DNA of 64,000 nucleotides from Nostoc sp. DedSLP01 (GTDB lineage: Bacteria; Cyanobacteriota; Cyanobacteriia; Cyanobacteriales; Nostocaceae): the NCBI GenBank assembly GCA_034530875.2, contig JAVRCJ020000014.1, positions 128,001-192,000 of the forward strand. The letters are read 5' to 3'. The translations under genes were made by a program, and so were the position numbers. Position 1 is the stretch's first letter. Each line of letters starts with the position of its first letter. This document shows, in pieces, positions 38,618 to 49,289 of the stretch. Below the pieces are notes generated by a model. It was not told the DNA's origin, did no database searches, and was given only the letters and a program-made list of their open reading frames with translations.

Positions 38618-39496
38618 ATGATCGTCTGCCCTAATTGCAATCACCCCAATCCTGACGGCGCTGTGCAGTGTGAAGCTTGCTATACGCCGTTACCAGCAAC
38701 TACTCACTGTCCCAGTTGTGGGGCAACGGTGCAGGCAGATGCTGCATTCTGTGGTCAGTGTGGCTATAACTTGCATTCAGCAGCAGTTCCACACGTTCAT
38801 AGTCCAGTGGCTGCAACAGTGACTCCTGATATCCCTGTGGAAGTACCGCCGTTAGTTCCACCCGATCCGCTTGTGGAAATTTTACAACCAGATGGCTTGG
38901 GAATTGAGGAAGCTACTAACTCCCACCCTCCCGTTACTTCATCTTTACCACCAACAGCGGTGTCTGCTCCCCCACTCACTCCGCCAGAGATACCTGTTGC
39001 TGAAAATACCCCCCCAACACCACCGCCAACTGTCGCAGCTGTGCCTGTAGTATCTAGCCAAGGTATTCCTACACCGCCACCTCTAGAAGCAGCACCAGAG
39101 CCACAGCCTGAAGTATCCGCACCATCAGTACTACCAACGGTCACTGCTGCGAGAACGCAATTGCAGCAGGTGAGTGCGCGGTTAGTCCACGTTCAGACCG
39201 ATCGCTTGATTGAATTGCCGCAAAATCTTTCTGTAATTCATATTGGCAAGCCTAACGATCGCATTCCTCCAGATGTGGATGTTTCAGGATTCCCCAATTC
39301 AGAAATTGTCTCGCGGATTCATGCAGATATTCGCGTGGAAGGAGACGCTCATTATGTAGAAGATGTGGGAAGTTCCAATGGAACCTACATTAATAATTTG
39401 CCCCTGTTACCAGGGAATCGTCACCGCTTGCGACCAGGCGATCGCATTAGTTTGGGCAAAGGAGACTTGATGACATTCTTGTTTCAACTAGCTTAA
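38618..39496 (+). CDS. fraH: FraH-like protein: double zinc ribbon, Pro-rich linker, FHA domain
   Basis: CPNC..CEAC..CPSC..CGQC, Pro-rich, IGKPND...VSRIHA...GSSNGT; downstream of pgl as in Anabaena. Confidence 0.85.
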   Translation: MIVCPNCNHPNPDGAVQCEACYTPLPATTHCPSCGATVQADAAFCGQCGYNLHSAAVPHVHSPVAATVTPDIPVEVPPLVPPDPLVEILQPDGLGIEEATNSHPPVTSSLPPTAVSAPPLTPPEIPVAENTPPTPPPTVAAVPVVSSQGIPTPPPLEAAPEPQPEVSAPSVLPTVTAARTQLQQVSARLVHVQTDRLIELPQNLSVIHIGKPNDRIPPDVDVSGFPNSEIVSRIHADIRVEGDAHYVEDVGSSNGTYINNLPLLPGNRHRLRPGDRISLGKGDLMTFLFQLA

Positions 39497-39640
39497 GTGA
39501 TTTTATATCAATCGTGACATCAATTCAAGTATTTTTACCTATCGTCTTGCATTGATTGTGGAGGACAACCAAATCAACGGTATCAGACAAACAATGGATA
39601 ACTATGTTGTTCAGGTTAGGTAGTTAAATGCTGTGTAGTA

Positions 39641-39660
39641 ACTCCCCTTTATTGGGGAGT
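39641..39660. terminator. Hairpin between convergent fraH and TPR gene
   Basis: ACTCCCC-TTTATT-GGGGAGT. Confidence 0.55.
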
Positions 39661-39711
39661 ATTAATTTAATTAATAAAGGTAAGGGAGAAGGGTAAAAGG
39701 TAAAAAGCCAG

Positions 39712-41475
39712 TCAATCAACAGATAAACAACTATTAATTTCATTAATAGTTTCAATAATCTTATCTTCATTCATTTGATAACCCTGTTCTCTCGCTACTG
39801 CTAACGCTTGCTGATAATACTTCAGGGCTTTGGAGTGTTCTTCTAAATCTAGAAATAGTTCACCTATATGTTCAATATTTTGAAGTTCGCTTATCCGATT
39901 GCCTAATCTTTGACAAATCATTAAAGATTGTTGATAGCATTTTATAGCTTTTTTATAATCTTTCAAATTTCTATACATCAATCCTAAAATGCTTAGAGTA
40001 TTACTCTCACTCAGCCTATCTCCAATTTTTTGACTAATTGCTAGAGCTTCTTGCAGATAATTTTGTGCTTTGGAGTAATCTCCTAAATCACAATAGACAT
40101 TTCCCATCAGATAAAGAGTCTCTGCCTGACCCTGTAGAACATTAATTTCTCGTCGTAGAGCTAATGCAAGTTCGTAATAGTTTAATGATTTTTCAAAGTC
40201 CTTTAAACTAGCATTAAGTAATCCAAGATTACTCAAAACAGTAGCCTCTGTTTCGCGATCGCCCATCTTACTAGCGATTACTAATGCTTCTTGATAGCAT
40301 TCTAAAGCTGTTGTATAATTACCGTAACGATAGTATATATGGCCGATATTATTAAGAGTTGTGGCTTGACTCCCAAAATTACCAATCTTTCGATGTAGAG
40401 TCAAAGCTTCTTTATAGTATTGAAGCGCCTGGGGAAATTCTTCTAAAAAAGTATAAACTGCTCCAATATTATTTAAAGTAATACCTTCGCTTTCCTGCGC
40501 TCCTATTTCTCGACAAATTGATAAAGCTTGATGATAAGACTCTAATGCCTTTTGATACTCTCCTGTCTGGTCATAAATACCGCCAAAATTATGGATTACC
40601 GTAGCTTCATTGGCGCGATGGCCTAATTTTTTGAAAATTTTTAAAGCTTTTTTATAGTGTTCTCGTGCTTTCGCATATTCTCCTATATCACGATAAACAC
40701 ATCCTATATTATTCAGAGAAGAAGCTTGACCTGATAAATTATTATTGTCTATTTCGATATTAAGACATTGATGATGTAACTCTAATGCTTCTGCATACCG
40801 ACTTAATTCATTGTAAGTTTGTCCCAAGTTATTAAGAATAGCTGCTTCACCTTTTCGATGATTTTGACTTCTGTAAATTTTTAATGCCTCTTGATATTTT
40901 TCTAAAGCTTTTTGAGGCTGTCCAAGACTTTTATAAATTAATCCAGTATTACTGAGAGTAGTAGCTTCATTAGAGAAATCGCCTATTTCTCTGCTAATGA
41001 TTAAGGAGCGATCGTAATACTTAAGAGCTTCTGAATATTGTCCTAATACGGAATACACTGCTCCAATACCACAAAGTGTTTTTCCTTCCATGATTCGATT
41101 TTTGACTTCAAGATGAAGAGAAAATGCTTTTTCATAGTTTTGTAAAGCATTTGAATATTGTCCTAGACTGCGATATGCACTTCCAATATTACTCAGAGTA
41201 GTACCTTCATTTTTTAAATCTTGAATTCTTTGAAAATAAGATAAAGCTTGACTGAATCGTTTTAATGCATCAAGATAATGTCCTTGATTGTATAGTTCAA
41301 GCCCAAGATTTGAATGCCTTAATCCGTCTACTTGATATTGTTGTTTGATTAAAAACTTAACTAATCGACGAATTGCTCTTAATGGTCTAAGTAAAACTGA
41401 AGCTATCGCACGTAAGTAAGGCAACACTTGCAATCTCCAAAGGTTACTTTTTGAGTTCAAACTTATTTTTCCCAA
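39712..41475 (-). CDS. Tetratricopeptide repeat protein (about 13 repeats of 40 aa, no CHAT domain)
   Basis: Repeated EATTL.NIG..Y..LG.Y..AL..Y..AL.I; TTG start uncertain. Confidence 0.88.
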   Translation of the reverse strand: MGKISLNSKSNLWRLQVLPYLRAIASVLLRPLRAIRRLVKFLIKQQYQVDGLRHSNLGLELYNQGHYLDALKRFSQALSYFQRIQDLKNEGTTLSNIGSAYRSLGQYSNALQNYEKAFSLHLEVKNRIMEGKTLCGIGAVYSVLGQYSEALKYYDRSLIISREIGDFSNEATTLSNTGLIYKSLGQPQKALEKYQEALKIYRSQNHRKGEAAILNNLGQTYNELSRYAEALELHHQCLNIEIDNNNLSGQASSLNNIGCVYRDIGEYAKAREHYKKALKIFKKLGHRANEATVIHNFGGIYDQTGEYQKALESYHQALSICREIGAQESEGITLNNIGAVYTFLEEFPQALQYYKEALTLHRKIGNFGSQATTLNNIGHIYYRYGNYTTALECYQEALVIASKMGDRETEATVLSNLGLLNASLKDFEKSLNYYELALALRREINVLQGQAETLYLMGNVYCDLGDYSKAQNYLQEALAISQKIGDRLSESNTLSILGLMYRNLKDYKKAIKCYQQSLMICQRLGNRISELQNIEHIGELFLDLEEHSKALKYYQQALAVAREQGYQMNEDKIIETINEINSCLSVD

Positions 41476-41639
41476 TTATTTACTTTAGACTTGCAGCAGA
41501 CTAAAAGCTGTTCCAATCTTAGAGGATGTTTGACAAGTCGCAATCTACAAACCTCTCTCCAAACACTTTTGTGAAACGTCGTGAGGCTTTGAAAGCCCCA
41601 TTAGCTTAATAATTACACTAGGATAGATGAAAATACACG

Positions 41640-41780
41640 CCAATTTGAGATTTGGAATTTTGGATTTTAGATTGAAGAGATAATCTAAAATCGTTTGACT
41701 GAGCGCTTGCGCCAGAGTCGAAAATCTCAAATTTGATGCTACGCGATTCATCCATAGAGAAAATCTAAAATCTAAACTTG
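41640..41780. repeat. AATCTAA/TTTTGGA STRR heptamers with small inserted palindromic element
   Basis: ttttggattttagatt...aatctaaaatc[gtttgactgagcgcttgcgccagagtcg]aaaatctcaaat...aaatctaaaatctaaa. Confidence 0.6.
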
Positions 41781-41788
41781 AGTTATCT

Positions 41789-42526
41789 ATGAAGGAACCA
41801 AGCAAAAATTTGGAAAACTTGCTCGCAAAGGAAGCTCCTGCTGTTGTTGAACGTATGGGGCTAAAGTGGCTAATTGCAGCTGCGATCGCTACTGCTTTCT
41901 TGTGGCAAGTTCCAGAAGGAGATTATATCTTATACCCATTTACAATCTTGGCAACTTGGTTTCATGAAATGGGTCACGGTTTGATGGCACTCCTATTAGG
42001 AGGACAGTTTCAAAAATTGGAGATTTTTAGTAATGGTTCCGGTGTTGCAACTTATGGTCTTCGCTTATCATTGGCGCCAATTGGGCCGGCCTTAGTCGCA
42101 GCAGCAGGCCCAATGGGGCCACCCCTTGCCGGTGCAGCTTTGATTTTGTCTTCCCGCAGTTTTAGAGCAGCTTCCCTAAGTTTGAAAATTTTAGGGAGTT
42201 TTTTATTGATTTCTACATTAATTTGGGTGCGTTCTTGGTTTGGGTTGGTGGCAATACCTTTGCTGGGTTTGATAATTTTAGGTATTGCTCTGAAAGCACC
42301 TCGTTGGATACAAGGGTTTACCATTCAATTTTTAGGCGTACAAGCTTGTGTAAGTACTTACCATCAATTAGATTATTTATTTAGTAGCTCTGCTGGCCTG
42401 CTTGGACTTTCAGACACAGCACAAATGCAGCGGTATTTGCTTTTGCCTTACTGGTTTTGGGGCGGGTTAATGGCGATCGCATCTGGGGTGATTTTAGTCC
42501 AAAGTCTCCGCATTGCCTATCGTTGA
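41789..42526 (+). CDS. M50B-like membrane metallopeptidase
   Basis: HEMGH, AAAGPMG, SDTAQM; multiple TMs. Confidence 0.88.
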   Translation: MKEPSKNLENLLAKEAPAVVERMGLKWLIAAAIATAFLWQVPEGDYILYPFTILATWFHEMGHGLMALLLGGQFQKLEIFSNGSGVATYGLRLSLAPIGPALVAAAGPMGPPLAGAALILSSRSFRAASLSLKILGSFLLISTLIWVRSWFGLVAIPLLGLIILGIALKAPRWIQGFTIQFLGVQACVSTYHQLDYLFSSSAGLLGLSDTAQMQRYLLLPYWFWGGLMAIASGVILVQSLRIAYR

Positions 42527-42554
42527 GCATAATTAAAATATTTAAAACCCAATC

Positions 42555-43298
42555 ATGGCAAACAAACTGACAGGCAAAGTTGCATTGGTAACTGGGGGTT
42601 CCCGCGGTCTAGGGGCGGCGATCGCCAAACGTCTGGCGGATGATGGCGCAGCCGTAGCTCTCACCTATACTAGTTCGCCACAAAAAGCCGATGAAGTGGT
42701 GCGTGCAATTGAATCGGCTGGCGGACGAGCCTTGGCAATACGGGCTGATAGTGCGGATGTCGAAGCAGTAAAAAACGCGGTCGCCGAAACTGTAAAAGCC
42801 TTTGGTCGCCTAGATATCCTTGTAAACAATGCAGGAGTTGCTGCCTTAGCGCCCATCGATGAGTTCTCACTGGAGGAGTTCGACCGACTGGTTGCGGTTA
42901 ACATCAAGGGCGTTTTCGTAGCTACCCAAGAGGCTATCCGTCACATGGGTGAGGGCGGACGAATCATCAACATTGGCAGCGTTAACAGTGACCTTGTACC
43001 CTTTACTGGCGGCTCAGTTTATGCTTTAACCAAAGGTGCGATCGCTAGTTTCACGCGCGGTCTTGCTCGCGATCTCGGCCCTCGGGGTATCACGGTCAAC
43101 AATATCCAGCCCGGCCCGGTGGATACTGACATGAACCCAGCAGAGGGTTCCTTTGCCGAGGGTATCAAAAAAATAACCGCCTTACAGCGGTATGGACACA
43201 GCGAGGAAATTGCTGGAATGGTTTCTTATCTTGCTAGTGACGAGGCCGGTTTTATCACCGGCGCAAGTTTGAAGATTGACGGTGGCTTTACAGCTTAA
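42555..43298 (+). CDS. SDR oxidoreductase (3-oxoacyl-ACP reductase/BdcA-like)
   Basis: TGGSRGLG, NNAG, YALTK, PGPVDTDMNP; visibly more GC-rich than flanks. Confidence 0.92.
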   Translation: MANKLTGKVALVTGGSRGLGAAIAKRLADDGAAVALTYTSSPQKADEVVRAIESAGGRALAIRADSADVEAVKNAVAETVKAFGRLDILVNNAGVAALAPIDEFSLEEFDRLVAVNIKGVFVATQEAIRHMGEGGRIINIGSVNSDLVPFTGGSVYALTKGAIASFTRGLARDLGPRGITVNNIQPGPVDTDMNPAEGSFAEGIKKITALQRYGHSEEIAGMVSYLASDEAGFITGASLKIDGGFTA

Positions 43299-43389
43299 TC
43301 CGGCCAGTAGGGAAGTTGAGGGGCGAAGTCCAGAATCGTAACTCCTAACTCCTAACTCAGGATTCACCACTTTTGTGGCAGTTGTTTGA

Positions 43390-43704
43390 TTACTGCTGCA
43401 TCGAAGTTGTGGGAAAAATTCTGCTAAATATAGGAATTCTTAATTCAGGCTGAGTTGCAGTGGTATTTGCCTTAGGAGCAGAAGAGTCGCTAACTGTCTC
43501 AGAGACAACAGTGGCTTTATTATCAGCAGAATCAATCGAACCAGGCAATTCGGCAGTGGAAGTTGAATTTGAAGATACGGAACTAATCTGATCGGTATTT
43601 TGACTCTCGGATTTGGCCGCGGTTTGAGCATGGCATGGAGTCGTAATGCAAGTTGAAATTGTTCCTAATCCCAGGATCAGCAGGCTACAAATATATTTTT
43701 GCAT
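43390..43704 (-). CDS. Small secreted Ser/Thr-rich hypothetical protein
   Basis: Signal peptide ending CHA-Q, low-complexity middle, conserved-looking RIPIFSRIFP tail. Confidence 0.6.
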   Translation of the reverse strand: MQKYICSLLILGLGTISTCITTPCHAQTAAKSESQNTDQISSVSSNSTSTAELPGSIDSADNKATVVSETVSDSSAPKANTTATQPELRIPIFSRIFPTTSMQQ

Positions 43705-44283
43705 GGTGATTTTTCAAATTGGTTAATAAATGTTCCAAAGTGATATAGGTGGTATTTTTTCTCTATTTCCAAGAAAATCGCTATTTCACCCAGATAACTT
43801 TTTGCGCTTTTAAATAAATCCTGTTATTTATTCACAGCTTTTACTAGAAAATTGCGCAATTTAGAATATTAATAATCTAGTGATATTTATTCGTCTTTAA
43901 AACAGGAATATTACTGATTTTGATATAAATAAATTTTTAGGAAATTAGTTATTTTTTAGGAATTTAATAAAGTCAACTAAAAAGTTCATATACTTGGTTT
44001 ATAACTAATTGTTGTTTTCATGAAGTTGCTTCCGTAAATGAATGCGTGTAAGCGTTTCGGGACAGATATTAATTTGAGTTTATTCAGTAAATACTCAGAA
44101 AATTGTTTGACAGCAAGATTAAGACAAGCAACAATCAAGCTATAAATTTTTGATTTATGTCAATATCTTAAGCTTGACCTTCTATATCAGAAACTTTCGC
44201 CGCATCTGTTGATTCTTAAAGATTAGGCTAGATTTCTCTAGTTAGCGATCGCAACATCCATACTCTTATCTTTTTGAAAATTT

Positions 44284-45576
44284 ATGAAATTTACAATTCT
44301 CAGCACTCCCTTTGCACTCATCCTATTTAGCCTGATGTTGCAAACAGCTGATGCTCAAACTTCCGTAACTGAAAGTTCCAAGCTATCTCAAGAAGTTTCT
44401 GTACTTCGCAAACAAGGGCCAAGTGGATTAAAGGCATTTCTAAAATCTCATGCAAATCAGCTCGCCATTGATTCTTCAGGAGAAGTTCTACCTTCTGCAA
44501 CATTGCGGATGGCTTTAGACGAACTCTGCCAACAACGCGACTGTTACGCCTCTCGTCTGTATTGGTACACTGACTTAGAACAAGCCAAAGCTGCTGCCAA
44601 AACTAGCGGCAAACCAATTCTATCTCTGCGGTTACTGGGCAGACTCGATCGCGATTTGAGTTGTGCTAATAGTAGATTCTTCAGGATTGCGCTATATCCA
44701 AATACTGAAATTTCTAAAGTGCTTCAAGACCGCTTCATTTTGCACTGGGAATCAGTACGGCCAGTACCAAAAGTAACAATTGATTTCGGCGATGGGCGCA
44801 AGTTGGAACGTACAATTACAGGCAATAGCATTCATTACATCTTAGATGCGTCAGGTCGTCCCATCGATGCAATTCCAGGATTGTATGCTCCTAAAGCATT
44901 TCTGCGTCAGCTACAGCAGGCTGAAGTAGCAGCAAAAAGTTATAGCAAACTTACACGAGCCGAAGGCGAGGCTTTTTTAAAAAAATATCATAGCGATCGC
45001 TACAATTCTATCCAAACCCAATGGCTTGCAGATTTATCCCGCTTGGGCATCCAGTCTCCGCCTAAGTTGGTGGAATTTCCCAATAATTCCACTCAGCCGC
45101 CGACAGCAGAAACTGCAAGCACTTTAGCAGTTTCTAAAATGATGGTTGAAAGCCCTATGCTCAGGGCACTCCGGTCTGCCCAAGAAAATCAAAAGGCTTT
45201 AGCTGAAATTACCGACCAACAAGCATGGAATAAAATTGCTCAACTTTATGCCAGCGATAGCAAGCTAGATCGAAACAGCATCTCTTTAATGAGAGCTAAA
45301 AAGTTTCACTCTGGCAACACTCCACAAGATAATTTGCCGATAATAGTGAAAAATTTTGAAGCTGCAATGGCTTTAGATACAGTCAGAAATGAATATGTAT
45401 TGCACAGCCAAATTCATCAATGGTTTATGGCAGGTCAGCAAACAAGGACTGTGCAAGCTCTCAATCAGCAAGTATACGCCGAACTCTTTTTAACTCCTAA
45501 TTCTGACCCCTGGCTGGGGCTTCTCCCCGCCGATGGCTACAGTGCGATTGATAATGATGGCATTAAGCTGGAGTAA
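44284..45576 (+). CDS. Secreted thioredoxin-fold protein (selenoprotein N C-domain-like, Cys form)
   Basis: Signal peptide; WYTDLEQAKAAAKTSGKPILSLRLLG.LD..LSCANSR...NTEISKVLQDRFILHW. Confidence 0.65.
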   Translation: MKFTILSTPFALILFSLMLQTADAQTSVTESSKLSQEVSVLRKQGPSGLKAFLKSHANQLAIDSSGEVLPSATLRMALDELCQQRDCYASRLYWYTDLEQAKAAAKTSGKPILSLRLLGRLDRDLSCANSRFFRIALYPNTEISKVLQDRFILHWESVRPVPKVTIDFGDGRKLERTITGNSIHYILDASGRPIDAIPGLYAPKAFLRQLQQAEVAAKSYSKLTRAEGEAFLKKYHSDRYNSIQTQWLADLSRLGIQSPPKLVEFPNNSTQPPTAETASTLAVSKMMVESPMLRALRSAQENQKALAEITDQQAWNKIAQLYASDSKLDRNSISLMRAKKFHSGNTPQDNLPIIVKNFEAAMALDTVRNEYVLHSQIHQWFMAGQQTRTVQALNQQVYAELFLTPNSDPWLGLLPADGYSAIDNDGIKLE

Positions 45577-45670
45577 TACTAATTCGTAATTCGTAATTCG
45601 TAATTAAGAAACTTAGAAGCAGTAAGACTTTCCTAATTTACATCTTTTGCTTGATTTTGGAGAATTGGTA
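45577..45670. mobile_element. MITE (TACCAATTC family) with AATTCGT heptamers, starting at stop codon
   Basis: TAA|TACTAATTC...GAATTGGTA; internal similarity to 62797-62904 copy. Confidence 0.65.
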
Positions 45671-45771
45671 GAAGTTTTCACAACCAATGCCCCATACCCA
45701 ATGCCCCCATAAGGAATATGGCGATCTAAGATTATTAGGTATCTTCTAATTTGCGATCGCTACTAAGACTG

Positions 45772-46767
45772 ATGATTGAAGTTGAGCATTTGAGTAAAAT
45801 ATACGGTTCTACCCCAGCGATTACTGATGTCACTTTTAGCGTCGAACCAGGGGAAATTTTAGGCTTGCTGGGGCCGAATGGTGCTGGTAAAACTACAACG
45901 ATGCGGATTCTGGCTGGTTATTTACCGGCAACCAGTGGTAATGCCCGAATTGCTGGTTATGATGTCCACGAACATTCTCTGGCTGTGCGCCAAAGAATTG
46001 GTTATTTACCGGAAACACCGCCGTTATATACAGAAATGACGGTGGAGGGATTTTTGCATTTTGTCGCACGAATTAAGGGAGTTCCAGCAGGCGATCGCAC
46101 CAATAAGGTAACAGCAGCGATCCAACGCTGTAATTTACAAGATAAGCGTCGGGTAATTATTCGCAAACTTTCTAAAGGATATCGCCAACGGGTGGGAATT
46201 GCTCAAGCGATCGTCCACGATCCTCCAGCAATCATTCTCGATGAACCCACAGTGGGACTCGATCCCAGACAAATAATTGACGTGCGGAATTTAATTAAAA
46301 GTCTGGCTGGTACTCACACAATTATTCTCTCTACACACATTCTCCCAGAAGTGAGTATGACCTGTAGCCGCGTTGCCATCATTAATCGCGGAAAGGTAGT
46401 TGCAACTAATACACCAGAAAATTTAATGGCGCAGTTGACAGGTGGCTCAGGATATGAGATAGAAATCGAAGGAGAAGCCGCCCTCGCCAAACAGGTATTA
46501 CAGAATATCCCAGGCGTCAGTCTGGTAGAATCAATTCCGGCAGCAGGAATACACAATCATCATCAATCCCAGGCGAATCGGGCTTACCTGCGGGTGATAT
46601 CGCAACCGGGGAAAGAACCAGGAAAAGATATTGCCACAACATTAGTGCGTGCAGGATTCGGTTTACATGAATTGCGGCGAGTTAACGCTACTTTAGAAGA
46701 TGTGTTTTTGCAACTGACCACAGAAGAAAAGAATTTAGAAGCAGTCACACAAGGAGAAGCCGCGTAA
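45772..46767 (+). CDS. ABC transporter ATP-binding protein (GldA-like)
   Basis: GPNGAGKTT, LSKGYRQR, ILDEPT, STH. Confidence 0.93.
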   Translation: MIEVEHLSKIYGSTPAITDVTFSVEPGEILGLLGPNGAGKTTTMRILAGYLPATSGNARIAGYDVHEHSLAVRQRIGYLPETPPLYTEMTVEGFLHFVARIKGVPAGDRTNKVTAAIQRCNLQDKRRVIIRKLSKGYRQRVGIAQAIVHDPPAIILDEPTVGLDPRQIIDVRNLIKSLAGTHTIILSTHILPEVSMTCSRVAIINRGKVVATNTPENLMAQLTGGSGYEIEIEGEAALAKQVLQNIPGVSLVESIPAAGIHNHHQSQANRAYLRVISQPGKEPGKDIATTLVRAGFGLHELRRVNATLEDVFLQLTTEEKNLEAVTQGEAA

Positions 46768-47580
46768 ATGGGTGTAATACTGGGTAATATTGTTGCGATT
46801 TATCGCCGAGAGTTACAGAGTTATTTTGTATCGCCTTTGGCTTATGCGATCGCTTGTGTATTTTGGTTCATTGCTGGGTTATTTTTCGTGATGATTTTGC
46901 TAGGGCCAGATGGCATCTTAGCAGGAGTTGCAGCCCTAGATGCACAGGGGCAACAATTTCAGGTGCCAATTCCGCCGATAGATGTCCCCTACGAATTTAT
47001 TCGCGCATTTTTGGATCGCATAGGGTGGCTGTTATTATTTATCTTGCCAATTCTTTCAATGGGGCTTTATGCCGAAGAACGCAAGCGTGGGACTTTAGAA
47101 CTTTTAGCCACCTCACCAATTACCAACTGGGCGGTAGCTGTCGGTAAATTATTAGGCGTGGTGACATTTTTGCTGACAATGGTCATACCTATGTTAGTGC
47201 TAGAAGCGATCGCGATCGGCGGTTCAAATCCCCCAATGGCATTTACAATTCCCCTACTGGGTCATTTAGGATTAATCTTACTAGCAGCAGCAATTTTATC
47301 TTTAGGAATGTTTATTTCCTCATTAACAGACAGCACAATTCTGTCTGCCGTTCTTACCTTTGCAGTCATCTTATTGTTGTTATTGATTGACTTAATTGCC
47401 AAAATTCTCCCCAATCCTCTAGGCGAAGCCATAGGTCATTTCTCATTACTGAAACATTACAACACCTTTATTCAAGGCATTTTTGATACCAGCGCCTTGA
47501 TTTTATTCGCCAGTTATATTTTTTTGGGCATCTTTCTCACAGCTCAATCAATTGATGCACTGCGTTTTCAGCGTAATTAG
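46768..47580 (+). CDS. ABC-2 permease (GldF-like)
   Basis: RRELQSYFVSP, AEERKRGTLELLATSP; about 6 TMs. Confidence 0.9.
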   Translation: MGVILGNIVAIYRRELQSYFVSPLAYAIACVFWFIAGLFFVMILLGPDGILAGVAALDAQGQQFQVPIPPIDVPYEFIRAFLDRIGWLLLFILPILSMGLYAEERKRGTLELLATSPITNWAVAVGKLLGVVTFLLTMVIPMLVLEAIAIGGSNPPMAFTIPLLGHLGLILLAAAILSLGMFISSLTDSTILSAVLTFAVILLLLLIDLIAKILPNPLGEAIGHFSLLKHYNTFIQGIFDTSALILFASYIFLGIFLTAQSIDALRFQRN

Positions 47581-47585
47581 TCATT

Positions 47586-49157
47586 ATGAAGATAGTCGTA
47601 AAGAAAAAATTGTGGAAATATCTATTTTGGCTAGGCCCGTTCTTTGTTGCTGTGGGGTTAACAGTAGGGTTAGTCTCCGAACAGTGGGGACTGATTCCAT
47701 TAGCATTTTTAATTACGGGAATTGTCATTATTGGATTGTGGATAATATCGCAAAGTTATCAAACTAAATGGTGGAACCGTCGGTCTACCCAAGCTGGGAC
47801 TAATGCTTTAGTAGCAACTCTAGCAGTATTAGTAATTTTGGGATTGATTAATTTTTTAGGAACTCGCTATCAGTTACGTGCAGATTTAACAGAGTCTCAA
47901 TTATTTACCCTTGCACCTCAGTCACGGGAATTAGTAAAAGCTCTGCCACAGCCAGTTAAAGTTTGGGTGTTTGATATTAATCAGAATCCCGAAGACCAAC
48001 AATTACTAGAAAATTATCGGCGGCAAGGCTCAAAGTTTAGTTTTGAATATGTCGATCCGCAACTTAGACCAGGAATAGCAGAAAGAATTGGTGCCAAGGA
48101 GTTTGGCGAAGTTTATCTAGAATACGGGGATAAAAAAGAATTAGTACAAACACTAAATCAAAACGAACGTCTCTCGGAAATAAAATTAACTAGTCGCCTA
48201 CAAAAATTAACAAGTTCAACAACAGGGAAAATTTACTTACTCCAAGGTCATGGCGAACGCCAACTTTCACCAGGTAAAGGTGCAATAACCAGAGCAATTG
48301 AGGGATTAAAAGATAAAAATTACGTCACAGAACCGCTGAATTTCACAGAAATCCCAAAAGTTCCTCAGGATGCTGCTGTAGTCATAGTAGCTGGCCCCAA
48401 GCGAGGATTGTTTGAAAGTGAAGTCAAAGCTTTGCAAGAATACCTCAATCGAAGTGGTAACTTGCTGTTAATGCTCGATCCTAATACCGATCCCAAACTT
48501 GACAGCTTGCTAAAAGAGTGGGGCGTTCGTTTAGATAATCGTTTAGCAGTGGATGTTTCAAGTGAAAGTGTCGTGGGACTAGGCCCTGCCGCGCCTTTAG
48601 TAACACAATACGGACAACATCCGATTACCAAAGATTTCGGCAACGATATTTCTTTTTATCCCATTGCCAGACCTCTGGAAATTACCCCAGTACCTGGTGT
48701 CGAAGCTACACCTCTAGTACAAACCAAACAATATCCTAGTAGCTGGGCAGAAAGCGACCTACAAAGCGAAAAATTGGAATTTAATCCAGATAAAGACCTT
48801 AAAGGGCCTCTGATTTTAGGTGCTGCTTTTACAAGAAAACAAACAGCCAAATCTACACCTTCCCCGACTCCCTCATCTCAAACATCCACCGAGTCACGCT
48901 TAGTCGTTTTCGGTAATTCTAACTTTGCCACCGATGGCTTGTTTGAAAGGCAACTAAACGGAGATGTATTTCTCAACTCAGTTACCTGGCTGAATCAACA
49001 AGATAAACAACCGCTTTCCATTCGCCCCAAAGAACCGAAAAATCGCCGAATAACCATGACAACCATCCAAGCCAATGTTTTAACACTGTCATCTTTGGTA
49101 GTTTTACCGCTTATTGGGTTGGCTACAGCAGTTATTCTCTGGTGGCAACGGAGGTAA
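47586..49157 (+). CDS. GldG-family ABC auxiliary protein
   Basis: RADLTESQLFTLAPQS, YLLQGHGE, RLVVFGNS, FLNSVTWL, C-terminal TM WWQRR. Confidence 0.88.
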   Translation: MKIVVKKKLWKYLFWLGPFFVAVGLTVGLVSEQWGLIPLAFLITGIVIIGLWIISQSYQTKWWNRRSTQAGTNALVATLAVLVILGLINFLGTRYQLRADLTESQLFTLAPQSRELVKALPQPVKVWVFDINQNPEDQQLLENYRRQGSKFSFEYVDPQLRPGIAERIGAKEFGEVYLEYGDKKELVQTLNQNERLSEIKLTSRLQKLTSSTTGKIYLLQGHGERQLSPGKGAITRAIEGLKDKNYVTEPLNFTEIPKVPQDAAVVIVAGPKRGLFESEVKALQEYLNRSGNLLLMLDPNTDPKLDSLLKEWGVRLDNRLAVDVSSESVVGLGPAAPLVTQYGQHPITKDFGNDISFYPIARPLEITPVPGVEATPLVQTKQYPSSWAESDLQSEKLEFNPDKDLKGPLILGAAFTRKQTAKSTPSPTPSSQTSTESRLVVFGNSNFATDGLFERQLNGDVFLNSVTWLNQQDKQPLSIRPKEPKNRRITMTTIQANVLTLSSLVVLPLIGLATAVILWWQRR

Positions 49158-49289
49158 GAAAGGAGTAGGGGGCAGGGGAGGCATGGGAGTGTGGGGAGAG
49201 AGGGGGGATTTTTTCCATCCTCCCATACCTCCAACGCTTCCCCATGCTTTATACCCAATACTCTATAGCTAATAACAAATGACAAAAAG

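Noticed and set aside
39712..41475. TPR-CHAT protease or DGR target
   Set aside because: No CHAT His/Cys domain, reverse transcriptase or template repeat is present in the window.
44659..44670. Selenocysteine recoding in the SelN-like gene
   Set aside because: Codons are AGT TGT GCT AAT; there is no in-frame TGA.
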